The translations under genes were made by a program, and so were the position numbers. Shown here one piece after another: positions 1 to 13,866 of a stretch of 64,000 bases of DNA; position 1 is the first letter of the stretch; every line of letters begins with the position of its first letter. The stretch lies in NCBI GenBank assembly GCA_012295275.1, contig CM022667.1:3348001-3412000 (forward strand), read 5' to 3'. The notes under the pieces were generated by a model. The model was not told the origin of the DNA. It ran no database searches and worked only from the letters and a program-made list of their open reading frames with translations. Origin of the DNA: Chrysomallon squamiferum. Lineage: Eukaryota; Animalia; Mollusca.

Positions 1-159
1 AGCAACATCTCAGTGATCTTATTAATACCATCACCATTACTATCACTGTCATCATTATTATTATTACTGCTCCTAATCATGTCTGTTATTATATCAACCA
101 CTATCTGTATTTCTACGACTACTATGATTGCAACCATTTTTTTAAAAAATGTATTTATT

Positions 160-400
160 TATTTATTTATTTATTTATTGTTGTTGTTGTTGTTATTTTT
201 GTTGTTGTTGTTGTTGTTGTCGTCGTTGTTGTTATTGTTGTTACTGTTGTTGTTAGTATTATTGTTACTGTTTTTATTATTCTTGTTATTCTTGTTGTTG
301 TTGTTGTCGTCGTTGTTGTTATTGTTGTTACTTTTATTATTATTATTAATGTTGTTGCGGTTCATATTTTTATTTTTATTATTATGATTATTATTATTAT
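160..400. repeat. (TTG)n/(TTA)n compound trinucleotide microsatellite
   Basis: Directly visible. It accounts for the poly-Leu and poly-Asn ORFs at 13..387 and 171..434. Confidence 0.9.
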
Positions 401-878
401 TAATGACTGACATGTTAGTGAGTTTAGATAACAAAACTCTGTTTCAATACGGTACAACCTATTTATGTGACGAAATAGAAAACGTGTGAAAATTTAGGCG
501 GGAACATTTTTATTTCTTAACCAGACGAACGTCATTATAAATGGCACGAGACTGACACGCGCGTCTGAACCACAATGAGGCTTGCGTGTCGTCTATTTAG
601 AGTTCTAAAAAGTATGCAGATTAAATGCTATTAAAAGAAGCGACACGTTCTCATTTGTGTGGCATTTATCTCATGTTAAGTTGCGGTAGTTGTCTTTTTC
701 GTGTTGTTTTTTGTTTTATGGGTTTTAGTTTGTTTTGTTTATGATGATTATTATTTATTTCAATTGTTTTATTTATTATTATTTTAATAACTAGATGGTA
801 GGATAAATTTCTTGGGGTTAATTAGTGTGTTGTTTTGAACTGATAAATCTTTATATATTTTTATTTTTTATTTTTTTC

Positions 879-910
<32 letters not shown>

Positions 911-1200
911 TTTGGTTTCATTGTTGTTTATTTGCTTGATTCATTAAGGCGTTTTTCGCCCTGAGGTTTTCAATATTTAGTTACTGATTTTTGTCTCGTA
1001 TATTTATTTATTTATTTATTTATTTTTTATTTATATGGCTGGCTGGATGGATGGATTCGTTCTTTTAATTATAAAATTATTCCGTGTGTGTTTTTATCAC
1101 AGTAATATTAATATACAAATAGTATATTCAAAGAAGAAGAAAAAAAAAAGAAAAAGAATATGAATAATCTTTAAATATTCATGATGGCTTTATTTTGTTG

Positions 1201-1259
<59 letters not shown>

Positions 1260-1313
1260 TTTTTGCAAATACATTCTTCTTTTGTTAAATATATTTTATT
1301 TTAAAAAATTCTC

Positions 1314-1369
<56 letters not shown>

Positions 1370-1639
1370 CTTAGTTCTCCAAATTATTAACAAATCAGTA
1401 AATAGTCTCCAGAGTTATGGCCCTTGATGTAGTTTATTTTGTTTAAAAACAAGTAATAGTTCAACGAAGTAATTAAAAAAAACGTCGTTAAACTTAATAA
1501 ATGGAGGCTATTAATATAATTAGATTCTAGAGCTGTTTATGCAACAAAAAGGAGTTCGTAGGTTCCAATATAAACATAAACGAAAACAAAAAAGAAGTAA
1601 TTTTATGCATGTCTTTTTAATTTGTATATGAAGCCGATT

Positions 1640-2400
1640 TAAATGTCCATGTGGCGAGTTGTCAGTGCGTCTGATAACTGAGTAACGAACGGATTTGTAT
1701 CTTCGCGCTCATACAAGCGTGCGTATGTCTTTTTATTTGTCTGTTTGCGTGTGTACGTATGTCCTCAAGGTCGTGATAAAACTGCGAACGCTGAACAAAA
1801 AAAAAAAAAAAAAAACAACATGGCTATAAATCTCCTAGTGTCTCGAGTATCGTTATTATTCCAGATCGATAAATTGAAATTTGTTTGGGAAAACACGCAT
1901 CCGGTGTTGTTGTTTTCGGCTTAAAGTTCATTTGGTGTTTTCTATGCAGGCGCGGTAATAATGTCATAATAACTGCTAAGTACTCGTTCGCGCTTCGCGG
2001 CGTTAAGCGACAATTAAAGATAATGCTGTGAAGTTCAAACTACGGGCTGTTCCATACGAGAACACTGTTAAATATGCAAGTCAATAAAAGCATTTAGATT
2101 CTTTATAGGTCGCCGTGATAAACCTCGTGTTAACACCACGGCTGTTCCGATCGATCTAAACTCGACGTAGACTTGCACCATGGCTGCAGAAGTAACGATC
2201 GATACGTAAAATGTGGCTGGCTGGCTGGCTCTGTTTAACGCCGAAGTATTGCGGCGAGCGATCGATACCGAAGTGGTTGTGTCCCCGAGGTTAAGGCTGC
2301 TACATTTCCGGTGTCGACTTGACAACAGGTGTAGAATGAGAGTGAGACAGCTGTCATTCTGAATGTGTCGATGTCTTATTAAATAAACTGTATGGTAGGC
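1640..2400. promoter_or_regulatory. CpG-containing island, possible promoter or first exon of a leftward (minus-strand) transcript
   Basis: GC and CpG are raised relative to the flanks. It has several ATCGATA (DRE-like) motifs near 1865, 2198 and 2261, an ETS-like CCGGAAAT on the minus strand near 2305-2312, and a Kozak-like gcagccATGG on the minus strand near 2181. No downstream exon could be identified. Confidence 0.3.
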
Positions 2401-2741
2401 ACTGTCCTTAATCAATACTTTAAAATAAATAAATAAATAAATAAATCACTTCATTTTTTTTTTTTGTATATAAAATAAAATACAAATTATTATTACACAA
2501 GGTTTAACATATATATATATTAATAAACTAATATCCTGTACATGGTAAATTTATTTCGTAAAGGTATCCTAAAATCATATACGTTTTTATTTTCATATTT
2601 TCATAACATAATTTTTCCTTCTAGACAAACAGTTGACAAGTTAATTAATATCGTTGCTTCTTTTGGACACGGAAACGTGAAGGTAATTGTAGTATAAACC
2701 ACAGAAATAAGAACTCATTGATATTCATTTTTATTTTTATT

Positions 2742-2772
<31 letters not shown>

Positions 2773-3020
2773 TTTTTTGAAAACGGCATCTTTCAGTTTG
2801 CCTTAATTCAAATGAATTAGATAGACTCAGGATCATTCTGTGTAGACGCTCTACATTCTGTTTATGAAATACCGTGGTATGTGCTGTCTCGGTTTCTGGT
2901 GAACCTCGTCATTAACTGTTTGTATCAATTAAAAACAGCAACAACAAATAACTTTTTAAACTGCCATTATTAATAAGACGGCAGAGTGAACTTTCTTTTT
3001 TCATTCTTTTTTACTTTATT

Positions 3021-3095
<75 letters not shown>

Positions 3096-4815
3096 CTTGA
3101 ATGTTATGTTTGCTGTAGTAAGTACCTGTTTTTAATTTCAACCAAATTGGCAGTGGAGAAACACATCATATACAGAGTCACAACAAATTATTAGTACTAA
3201 GAAAACTGTTCTTGTCAACACCTACATATAAATTCATATTTATCAAAAATGCCTTTCTTTTCTTGCCAGATCCCTGAGTGTATATACTGCAGATCGATTA
3301 AATATTATGGGTGCATCGGGTAATGTTCATGACTAGAGCAACCATGACAACGAGACCGGAACTGAGTATAAAGTATATTTTAAAACAAAAGGTTGCCTCA
3401 TACCTGTTTTATGTCCTCTGCTGATCAGATGAGCTGTTATCTTCTTTAACATCATTTATATCATGTTGTATCAGATAACCCCTGTTTTACATTAAAACAA
3501 AATAATAACGTTTATAAAAAATATTAAAAACATGCAACCTGATTTGATATTGACCTTATCTTACAGATTCAACAAACATGATATGAAATACGTGACTAAA
3601 CTGTATTTTTTGTACAAAACATTATGTAGGTTTTTCCCTCTATCTCTCTTGATCTATCACACTATCCGTACATTTGTTTATCAGTCAATCTGTCCTCTAT
3701 TTGTATTATAATCATCATCATTACTATTATTATTTAATTTTCACTGAATTTAATCGAAGATTTTTTTACTTCTAACAAGCGTCATAGATTATTTATTCTT
3801 GTTTTGCTTCGTTTAAATTCTTTGAAAGTCAAATGAATGGACTATTTTGTTTATATGTTTGTATAATGTGGTATTTACTGTGTTGTTTTATAATTTCAAT
3901 GGAAAGACTTGAAATAAATAATGAAAACAACGGAGAAAAATCTACTTATTTAATTTATTTAGTTTATTTAATAGCAAGGTGTTGCAGCAGTTTTTTATTT
4001 TCATCACTGAACTATCGTATATACATGACACACTGCCACCGCTACCATAATCATTCATCATCATCATCATCATCATCATTATTATTATTATTATTATTAT
4101 TATCATCAGAACCTTACTCCTGGTATCACAAATATCTAATTATGTTACTTTACTAAAGTAGAAAATCAGTTTTTTCCAGATAGACTGATAACTGGAGAAA
4201 TACAACGTTAATGTATTCGTTTTGCAACAATGTTTTGATAACCAGTCCATGAAGTGAACTTGTTTTGACGTCTGTAAATGAGTGTTTACTCAGACTAATA
4301 ACGCAGATTCAAAGCCCAGGAGTATAATAATGGATTCCATTGTCTACGGCCCATCGCAGTATGTATAAAGTAAAGAATCGAAGACAGAAGGTTAGAGAAG
4401 GGCAATGGACGCAACTGCAAACAAATAACACTATGTATTTATTTATTTATTTGTTTGTTTGTTTATTTATTTGTTTCTCCGTTTCTTTATTTCTTTATTT
4501 ATCTGTTTATTTCTGTATTTATTTGGTTCTTACATTTGTTTAATTCTTTATTTCTTTCTTTGTATTACTGTATTTTATTCTTCTTTTTTTTTCTTTTTTT
4601 CTTTTTTTGTTTTATTAATTTATTATTTAATTTTTAAAGTCAGCATGTTAAGAAATTATATATTTTTATTTCGCACTTGAAATAAATCATTAAAGAGCAA
4701 AATGCAATAAAAATAATTTACATTTATTTTCATTTGTTTTCAATTTATCTGTTATATTCCACATATACACCATACATATATACACATTTTTAATTAACAA
4801 CAACAAAAACAACAA

Positions 4816-4863
<48 letters not shown>

Positions 4864-5007
4864 CACAGTTATGGTTCCAGGATACTCGCGGGATAATATG
4901 ATGATGACAAGATTTTCAAAACATTTTAATATAATTGGTAAACTGAGTGCCTGAACTTAATAATAAATTTGAATTCGTGAATTCTCCACCACATATGTGT
5001 GCGCGCA

Positions 5008-5045
<38 letters not shown>

Positions 5046-5424
5046 TCCTGATATTTCGTATAAATTTGCAAATAAATAAATAAAAAGTTATAAATATAAT
5101 TAATTCACTGTATAAATTAGATCTACATTTAGAGTGTGTCAGCAGTTATTTAACCAAAAAGCAAAAAGCAAAAATTTATATCATAATGTGGCTTTACTCT
5201 TACGGTAGTCTTTGGTTTGAGGAACAAGCTGGTTTCATATTTCATTAGGACGAAATGACACACGAAAGACATAAAGAAGGGCAAAAGATTTTCGACTGAC
5301 TTTCAGCCTGCTTTTAATAGTATTGCTTTTAGTACGCGACCAGCGTAACACTAATCCGATAAGTGGTACAGAATTCTGACACATCTGTGCCTGATGTGCA
5401 TACAGACCAATGTAAAATGTAACG

Positions 5425-7417
5425 ATGTTTTTCACAATTATTCCATTACTGTTGTTTGCAGTTCAGTGCAACAAAGTTATTTCACTCTCTGATATTTCTG
5501 AACATGTATTTGGGTCGGACACAGACGGCGTTGTAGCTGCATTTGGCGATTTCAATGGCGATAGAATCACTGACATTTTTACACTGTCAAACCAAGGTAA
5601 ATATCTTTTTCATTTATGGTGGTCGATGTCGACAATTGTGGATGATAAGAATACAGTTTTAGCAATTGTTAATAAAAATAAACTAATATTTATAACAAAA
5701 CTATGATATCTTAATATATTACATAGTTACTCAAAAGCATTAATATTATTTGAGTTAACGAAATTTTCTTTTTATTTATTTATTTATTTAATTTTGTTCT
5801 TCTTGTAGCAAATATTATACTTAATCAACTGTTGTTTATTATATTATTTTCATTTCACTTTCCTGTTTATTTATTTAGTTATTCATTTTTGAATATTCAG
5901 TAAATCATTATAATCACTTTATCTCTTTAAATCTGTATTATTTTTATTACAAAATCTTTTCCAGGTGATTCTTTAAACCTGTTATTAGGCCATATAGACA
6001 TGTCTGATGTCTTCTTCACAAAATTCACCCTGATTTACAAAACCAGTTTTCCTGATACCAAGATCACTGGTGTGATGCCATCAGATTTTAATGGTGACTC
6101 CAAGATGGACATACTGGTCACTCGTAAAACCAAAGGACTGAAAACATCAGTAGTTTCTGTACATATTTATTGGGGAAATGGAGACTCATCTGTAGAAGGT
6201 ATTAATTTCTAAATAACATGATTTGGCCACAGATTTAGGAATAAAATTGTTTTGATTAAAACAATTGTAACAATAATAATAATAATAATATTAAAACAAA
6301 TAAAATAAAAAAATATTTATTATTAATTGTTAACTGTAATATAGTTTTACACTAGCAGACATGCACAGCTTTATATCTTTAAAAACAGAGCATCATGTTG
6401 CGAAATAAATCTTAACTGATTTTTTTTAAATACCAGAAAAATAATAAAAGACCAGAAACAAATAACAAAACACTGTCTGTTTATTATTTTAATGCTTATA
6501 TCATTTATACTAATTCTTTTTTCTTTATATTTAATTATTTTTTTTATCTGTTCTAATTTCAGAGGTACCTTTGACATTAAATGAAACTTTTAATGATCAG
6601 CCAGCTTTGATAGAGTGAGTGATGTATTGTATAAAACAGATATCTGTGGGGTTTTTTTTTATCTATTTATATAACAAAAATAATTTTTACCAGCACTGGA
6701 ATTAAAGTTTGATATATTTTCTTTATTTCATGATTGTCTTCTTTTTTTTATCAAGTTTAAATGAGAAATATACATTATACTTTAGCTCTCTTTTAAAAAA
6801 AGACATATTATATGTTACATCTGTTTTTATTCTAATTTTAGTGCAAATGGTGACATGATACCTGATCTGGTTGGAGAGATTCTTGTTGAAAATAAACCTC
6901 AAAGATGTTACTGGTTATTTACGTAAGTGTGAAAATTAGCAAGTGAGTGTGTGTGATTATATTATATAAATATTTCTTAAATAACAGTTCATGTTGTGTT
7001 TTTATCTTGGTTCATTTACATATGTTCACATAATTGGCTATTTAAATATATAAATACACTTAATATAAAGGTTTAAAAACAAAAGATGAAAATATATATC
7101 TTTATGGTTTTATTTTCAATTTCTTGATATAAATAAATTGTAGAGTGTGTGTGAATATATAATACTTTTTTTTAATTTTTTTATTTATGTACAAATATAC
7201 ACACACACATATACACATATACATTGAATGTAAGTTTTTATTAAGCTTATTAAAAATGATTCCCAGGGACAAAAAAAACTACACAGTGATGAATGTTACA
7301 AATGAAACCTCACAAGAGTTACCTCCACTTAGGATTCCACAATCCAGTGCCTTTGTCGATCTCAATGGAGATTTGACTTCAGGTAAATAAATTAAATTTA
7401 TTTTTATTTGTGTTCAT

Positions 7418-7448
<31 letters not shown>

Positions 7449-10400
7449 TTTTATTTATTTGTTTATATATTTTTTAATTTAAATAATTTAAATTTATTTC
7501 TTATTTTTGTTCATTTATTTATTTATTTAATTATTTATTTATTTTATTTATTTGTTTATATATATTTTATGTTAAATAATTTAAATTTATTTCTTATTTT
7601 TGTTTTTTTATTTATTTATTTATTTATTTGTTTGTTTATATACTTTTTAATTATTTATTTAAAATACTAATTTTAATTCCTTTTTTTTAGAAACTTTACT
7701 TATTAATAAATTTAGCTATAAAGCATTTGTGTAAATTTCAAAGTCCTTTTTGAACTTCAAACATAAAACTTTTATTTTTTATCCTACATAGACACACTCA
7801 CACATAAGAAATATTTATTTAGATATGCTTGTATAATGGTAAATTAATTAGATAAATTAATGTCTGTTAAAAATATCAACTTGTTGCTTTAATTTAATCA
7901 AAATTTAATTTTCAGATTTATGTGCTGTCTCTGTGATTAACAACCAGTTACAGTTTGAATTCTGGTACAATATTGTAAGTGTGAGATGTTTGAATTCTTT
8001 TCTTTTTTAATCCCATTGATCATGTGGTTAAATATTTTTAATTAATTTGGTTTAGACCTCAGCCTTTGGATTTATTTATATACAGTAAATGCACCAGTCA
8101 AAAAATATTGAAGGCTAAACCTTTAAAGTTAGAAGTTTTATACAGATTTTTCTAATTGTTTAATTACCTAGTTGATTTGTTGTTCAACAGCCAACAAATA
8201 ATAAATTTAAATATATTTTGGTATTAAATTTTTTCATAATTCATTCATCTATTACTGGCTAGAAACTTTGGAATAATGAATCAATAAATCAAATCTGGGA
8301 TGTCTATAAGTAATGATTTATTAATGTTGTTAAATTTATAATCTAGGTCTGTAGATTTAAAGACATATAATTATGTAAGAGATTGGGATTAAGATGATTG
8401 TGTATGTTAGAGTGTTTTAACTGTGATTTCAGGATGGTGTTCTCACATGGAACAAAACAATAACTGGGCCAGTGGATGCCAGGTTTGCAGGGCAACCCAC
8501 CTACACTGACATGGGTTAGACTGATTTATTTTTTTTTTTTATTTAATACATTTTATACATTGATATCTCTGTGATATTGTGATTATAACTAAAGAGAACA
8601 TGTTGTAGTAAACAGAAATATGTTTATATTTTAATTCTTTTATGTTGTTGTTTGTTAAACAATTCTTTTGTTACTATGAACAAAAATTTTCTAAATATAT
8701 TTTGTTTAGCCAGAACTGCTAATTTATATATAATATATACATTTTAGCAGTTCTGGCTGCTGTAAAAAGAATCTATTTATATAAATATGTATTTACACAT
8801 TTTATTGATTTAAAATGTGAAAAAAAATTATAGCAGCAAAAAACAGTCATGGTGTTAGCCTTTTTCAATGCTTGTTAAAAACTCATGACTCCAGTTCATA
8901 AGGCTAAATGTAAACAAAGCTCATAGAGTTGATATTTCAACTTTTCAGAAGGAAACCAGTCTATGGATATAGTGCTGCCTGCTTGTGTTGATGAAGCCTG
9001 TACTAGAAGTGTTGTCTACGTTTGGTCAGAGGGACAGGTAAGTACAATCATACTTCGTTACAGTGACCAATGTCCACCCCTAAACAGCCGTGTAGTGGAC
9101 AGTCAGTTGCTAATACTATAATCTGTAATTCTGTTATTTAAGTTATTTAAGTTCATTAAAATCTTTCTTTTTGAAAAAGCATTGTTGAAATAATTAAAGG
9201 TATTGTGGATTAATATGTTAAACATCTTATTCAAAGCTTTTCTTGGAAATTGTGGACCAAATATTACAAAAATTTTAGTTTATATATGCAAAAGTATTTA
9301 AATAATAAATAAATAATTATTTTAAAAATCCAAATTGTTTGGGTGTTTCTTCTTCACTTTTTTTTTCTTATAGTTTAATTTCCTTTGAAATATGTATTAC
9401 GACTGTTTGGTCTATTTTACAGTGGTATAATATCAGTGTTAATCTTGAGGCTGACAACATGAAGTGGAATTTTGTGTCTGCGGGTTCGAATCCTCACTCT
9501 TGGCTACAGATTTTTCCGACTCTCCACATTGGAGACTTCAACCTCGACTCATCGCCTGATGCCATCACTCTTCTACAATCCAACAATGGAGGGTAAAAAA
9601 ACAACATCTTTAATACTTATTGTTTCTTTTCTATACATTTTTATAAATACATTTTCTTTTTCTTTTTTTTCCAATACAATATTAACAGTCTTTAGCTTTC
9701 AGTTATTTTTTTTTCAAACAGATAAAAATTCTTTGTCCATATTTGATATGGCAGAATGTGAAAAGTGAATTAATAAATAAAAATAATTTTACAGAGGTGT
9801 GATTTTAAATAATTTTGTGATAGCTAATTAAGACCTTCAATTATAGTTTTCTTATTTAAAGTATTAAACGAGCTCCTGATTGAGAATGTATTTTTATTTC
9901 AAATTTTTTAAAGTTTAATTCTTGTTTTTGCCCCATTTAAGAAATGCCCCACTTCTGATATTTTAAGGAAAATATGTGTCCTTGCTTGTCAGTGAGGAAA
10001 TATATTAGTATTATTACCAAAAATTGTTCAGTATAATTTATAAAAAAAATCAGTAATAAATTTGATTCCTAACTACAATTAATTTTAAAATGTGTTAGAA
10101 TGTGTTAAATTAATATTAGTATTATTATTATTATATAACCATTGTAATATATTTTTATATATTCAGTATTTAAGTCATCACCATTATTATTTTTATTTTT
10201 TATGTTTTTTTTTCCCAAGAACATTCGACATAAACAAAAACCCAGTAAAATTCATCATATGGTGTGTTTGTTATGAATAATGTATATTGTAGGAATTAAT
10301 TTTTTTTTATAGATTATTTATTACAACTGATATTCAGGAACATTTCATATATACACACACATACATAAATATTTAAATATATCTTTCCTGTGTTCTTTGA

Positions 10401-12404
10401 ATCAATTGTTATTGTTATTACTTTTGCTGTCAAACAAATTTTAGGTTTCATAACACCTATTATCTTATCAGTGATGTGCATGTTTTTAATTCTTTTTTTC
10501 TCAGAGACTTCAATGGAAAATTGTTGTATTACAGTCAAATTAAAAAAAAAATGAATATAACTTTTTTTAAACATTTTACCACATTTTGGGTCAGTTTATA
10601 TGAATTGATTTAGGGTTGTTGTGTTTTCTTTTTTTTTTAAATAGTGAATTTTAGAGGGTTTTTTTAAAACAGGGAATTTTAGATGTTTTTTTAAACAGAA
10701 TTTTAGATTGTAATAAATGGAATTTCAGATGTTTTTTTTTTTGATTTTTTAAATGGAATTTTAGATGTTATTTTTTTAAACAGGGAATTTTAGATGTTAT
10801 TTTTTTAAACAGGGAATTTTAGATGTTATTTTGAGTACCACTGCATCGGCTGAGTCCAGAGTTTTTGCGTTGAAACAAACATTTACAGCAGATGCCTGCT
10901 TTGAGAAGATCACAGGTAGATTTCATACATTTGCTATAATATTAGCCATTAGACACTATTATTTACAATTTCTTTCAGCAAAAAATATATTTATAATTTC
11001 AATTTGTTTTTATCAAAAATCAAATATTTCCTGCTTTTATAGGTATTTTAAAAATAATAAAATATTAATTATTTTCACAAAATTAACTTTCTTTTCAGTT
11101 TTAAATGCAAATTAATACAAATCTCTAATCAAGAGTTTTCTTCCTTAACATAATTAAATACTTCTTAAGCAAAGTTGAAGTTTATAAATTTTTATATATT
11201 ATTATATAGAGACATACATAATTTGATAGATACACAGATAGTAAGATTTTTAAATTTAAATTCAGATTTAGATACAGATTGTTGAAAAATTGTTGTTAAA
11301 ACCTAAATGTTTATTTATTTAACCTTGTCATCTGTGTGCTACATAACTAAATAATTCAAACTGGGAAATTGAAATACAGTTGAGACCAGTCTATTTATTT
11401 ATTCATATATCTGTACATTTTAAAAGCATTTAAAATATTAACGTTTATTTCCATTTAGTTCAGTCTATTTTTAAAAAGATGTTAGATATTATTGTTTATT
11501 TCAGTTGAGTTCAGTCTGTCTGTTTGATACATATATTGCTATATTTTTGTTTCAGTAAAGTTCAAAGAATTTCTCTATTACATGTAATGTGTATTTTTAA
11601 AAAGAAGTAAGATTTTAATGTTTTTCTGTTTTGTTTCAGTTGTCAGTGGACTTTGCTGGAATAACTGTCCTGATGGTCACAAGGTAAATAAGAAAATTTA
11701 AAAAGAACAGAACAAATACTTCTTTTTCTTCATATTACTTTTTAGGCAGCTTTGCAAGCAAATAATATAATAAATATGTTTAACACACAGGTAATGATAA
11801 TGTTATTTTGTGAAGACATGTAAAGTAAAATAAATAGATAACAATCTTTGTTGTCCATTTTATTTTTAGAAGTAACATAACAGTAGTAAAAAGTGAATTC
11901 ATGATATTTGAAAAAGGATATTTCATTAACATCTATTTTTTTACTTAAATTTATTTGCAGCCATTTGGAGTGAATCAAGTTGGGCCTACAGTTAAAATTC
12001 ACACGACCCAGCCTAATGGAGACCCCCAGTTTGGTATAGGTAAGACTTACATTGTTGTTTGTTCATCTTGTGACATGGCTGTTAAAATACAGGAATTATT
12101 TCTGCAACTGTTTCATTCCATTCATCAGAAATGTTGTTGTTTTTAAATTCATGATAAAACTTGGAAATGATTAGCTAAATACCTTTAATGGTATTTTAAA
12201 AAAAAAAAATTGATGCTTCATAATAATTGTTAGTAATGCATTATTAGTTTAGGTTATGTAACATATTGACAAGTGATTGCTGATGTTGGTTAGTCTCTAA
12301 AATAAGGATTTGGTTTTATTGTTCACTGGGGAATGCAGAAATGTTATTTGTTTGTTGTTCTTTTAATTTCTGTCTTTAACTTAATATGAAATTTTTCAAA
12401 ATAT

Positions 12405-12440
<36 letters not shown>

Positions 12441-13866
12441 GTTGTTTAGCAGTATTTTATATTTCATTAATATTTCTTTTTAAAATATTTATAAATGTTT
12501 TAATCAATATTTTCAGCTTCGCAGCTGACCAAGTCTGCCTACTTCTCTCTGCAGCTTCCATTTATTTTGTTTGGTTTGGGACAGACGCCAAATTTTGTAG
12601 ATTCATTAGATGTGGGAGTTCCTTTTCCATTAAACAAAGTATGTTTCTGATATAAAATAGTTTAATATTAGGTTTAACAGTCATTTTCATCAGATTATTT
12701 TTATTTTGTTAACTATAATCTAAATCTGGATTTTAAGCCAAAAAAGTGACAAAAATTACATGTCTCTGTGTTTATCTGTGTATTTATATTTTTAGTGAAA
12801 GTTTTGTCATTATAATAGTTTTAATCTTTGAGATATGTTTGTGCATGTTGTTTTTGTTGGGAGTTTTGGGGTTTTTTTTTTTTTTTTACTTTCTTAATCA
12901 TTTTATTATTAAAAAATTGGATTAATTTTTCTTCTTTCTTTCTTTCAGAAACCAAGACATAAAAAGTGGACACAAATTATCCCCAATTCCCAGCTAATAA
13001 TTGTACCATATCCATTAGACTACCCTAAAAGGTTTGTTCAGACATAAAATATTTCTAAAATTTACCTTCACACCTTCACTTTTATGACAAGATTTTGACT
13101 GCTTGTAAAATGGAATTTTAGTACAAATGATTCGTGTATTCATAAAACTTTATAACTGAAGCTAAATGATTGTAAATTTTCTGAAGTCAAAAGTTAAAGA
13201 AAAGTGTTAGTTTGTATTAAACATTATCCTTTTAAATTATACATTATTTTTAACTGAAAAAAAAAAAATCTTAGTTTTATATAATTATTATAATTAGTTT
13301 ATTTTTACTTTTGTTTTCAGTTGGAAAAATAAATTATTCACAACACCCTCAAGATTAGTTTTACTTACTGGTTCTGCCCTGCTTGGGACTTGTGGGTTCA
13401 TTGCGGCCATTATCGGAATTCTACAGTGGAGAGAGAGGGTTAGAATAGGATTTCTGTTTAATTTTAAATTTCTTTATACGTTTTAAGTTGTTCCAAAATA
13501 GATTTGAATAAGATTTCTGTTTAATTTTAAACTTCTTTATAATTTTTAAGTTGTTCCAAAATAACATTGATGCCTCATTGGATTTTTATTTTATTTTTTA
13601 ATATTGTCTTGTTATAATTATTAATAATATTAAAACTACATTGCATTTCATAAATTTTGATCATCATTCATTCAGTCAGTTTGTTAAGAAATAATTTTTA
13701 AAGGAGAATTTAAAAAAAAAAATTCGAATGACTACTTTTTAAAATAATGTTTGGTCATAATAAACTTTATATTTATTATAATGTGTTTTGTTTTGTTTGG
13801 TTTCAGATGGAAGACAAGAAAGAAAAACTTGAAGAAGCACAAAGGTTTCATTTTGATGCCATGTGA
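5425..13866 (+). CDS. ITFG1: T-cell immunomodulatory protein / LINKIN (integrin alpha FG-GAP repeat containing 1), about 18 exons
   Basis: Signal peptide, FG-GAP motifs (AFGDFNGDRITD, PSDFNGDSKMD, FVDLNGDLTSD, IGDFNLDSSPD), PFGVNQVGP, WTQIIPNSQL, a TM helix and the C-terminal RFHFDAM* signature. GT-AG exons: 5425-5596, 5965-6198, 6563-6614, 6842-6922, 7267-7382, 7916-7974, 8433-8514, 8949-9037, 9423-9592, [9862-~9890 broken], [10220-10281 frameshifted], 10813-10915, 11640-11683, 11961-12039, 12517-12638, 12949-13031, 13321-13438, 13807-13866. Confidence 0.95.
10655..10831 (+). repeat. ~29-bp tandem repeat containing an ITFG1 splice acceptor and the first codons of the exon
   Basis: Unit tttttttaaacag|ggaattttagatgtta. 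Intact AG acceptors lie at 10671-72, 10782-83 and 10811-12, with decayed copies between them. Confidence 0.85.

Noticed and set aside
13-434. Poly-Leu and poly-Asn ORFs
   Set aside because: They are translations of TTG/TTA microsatellite, with no splice or homology support.
2068-2415. 115-aa minus-strand ORF
   Set aside because: It has no recognisable domain or convincing donor site and is better explained as a promoter/UTR island.
8845-8908. Interleaved short inverted repeats (agtcatg/catgact and ttagcctt/aaggctaa) resembling a pseudoknot
   Set aside because: The stems are only 7-8 bp, which is plausible by chance in 64 kb.
11136-11170. U12-type branch-point-like TTCCTTAAC followed by AG
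   Set aside because: It lies inside an intron with a U2-type GTAGAT donor. There is no RTATCCTT donor and no needed exon here.
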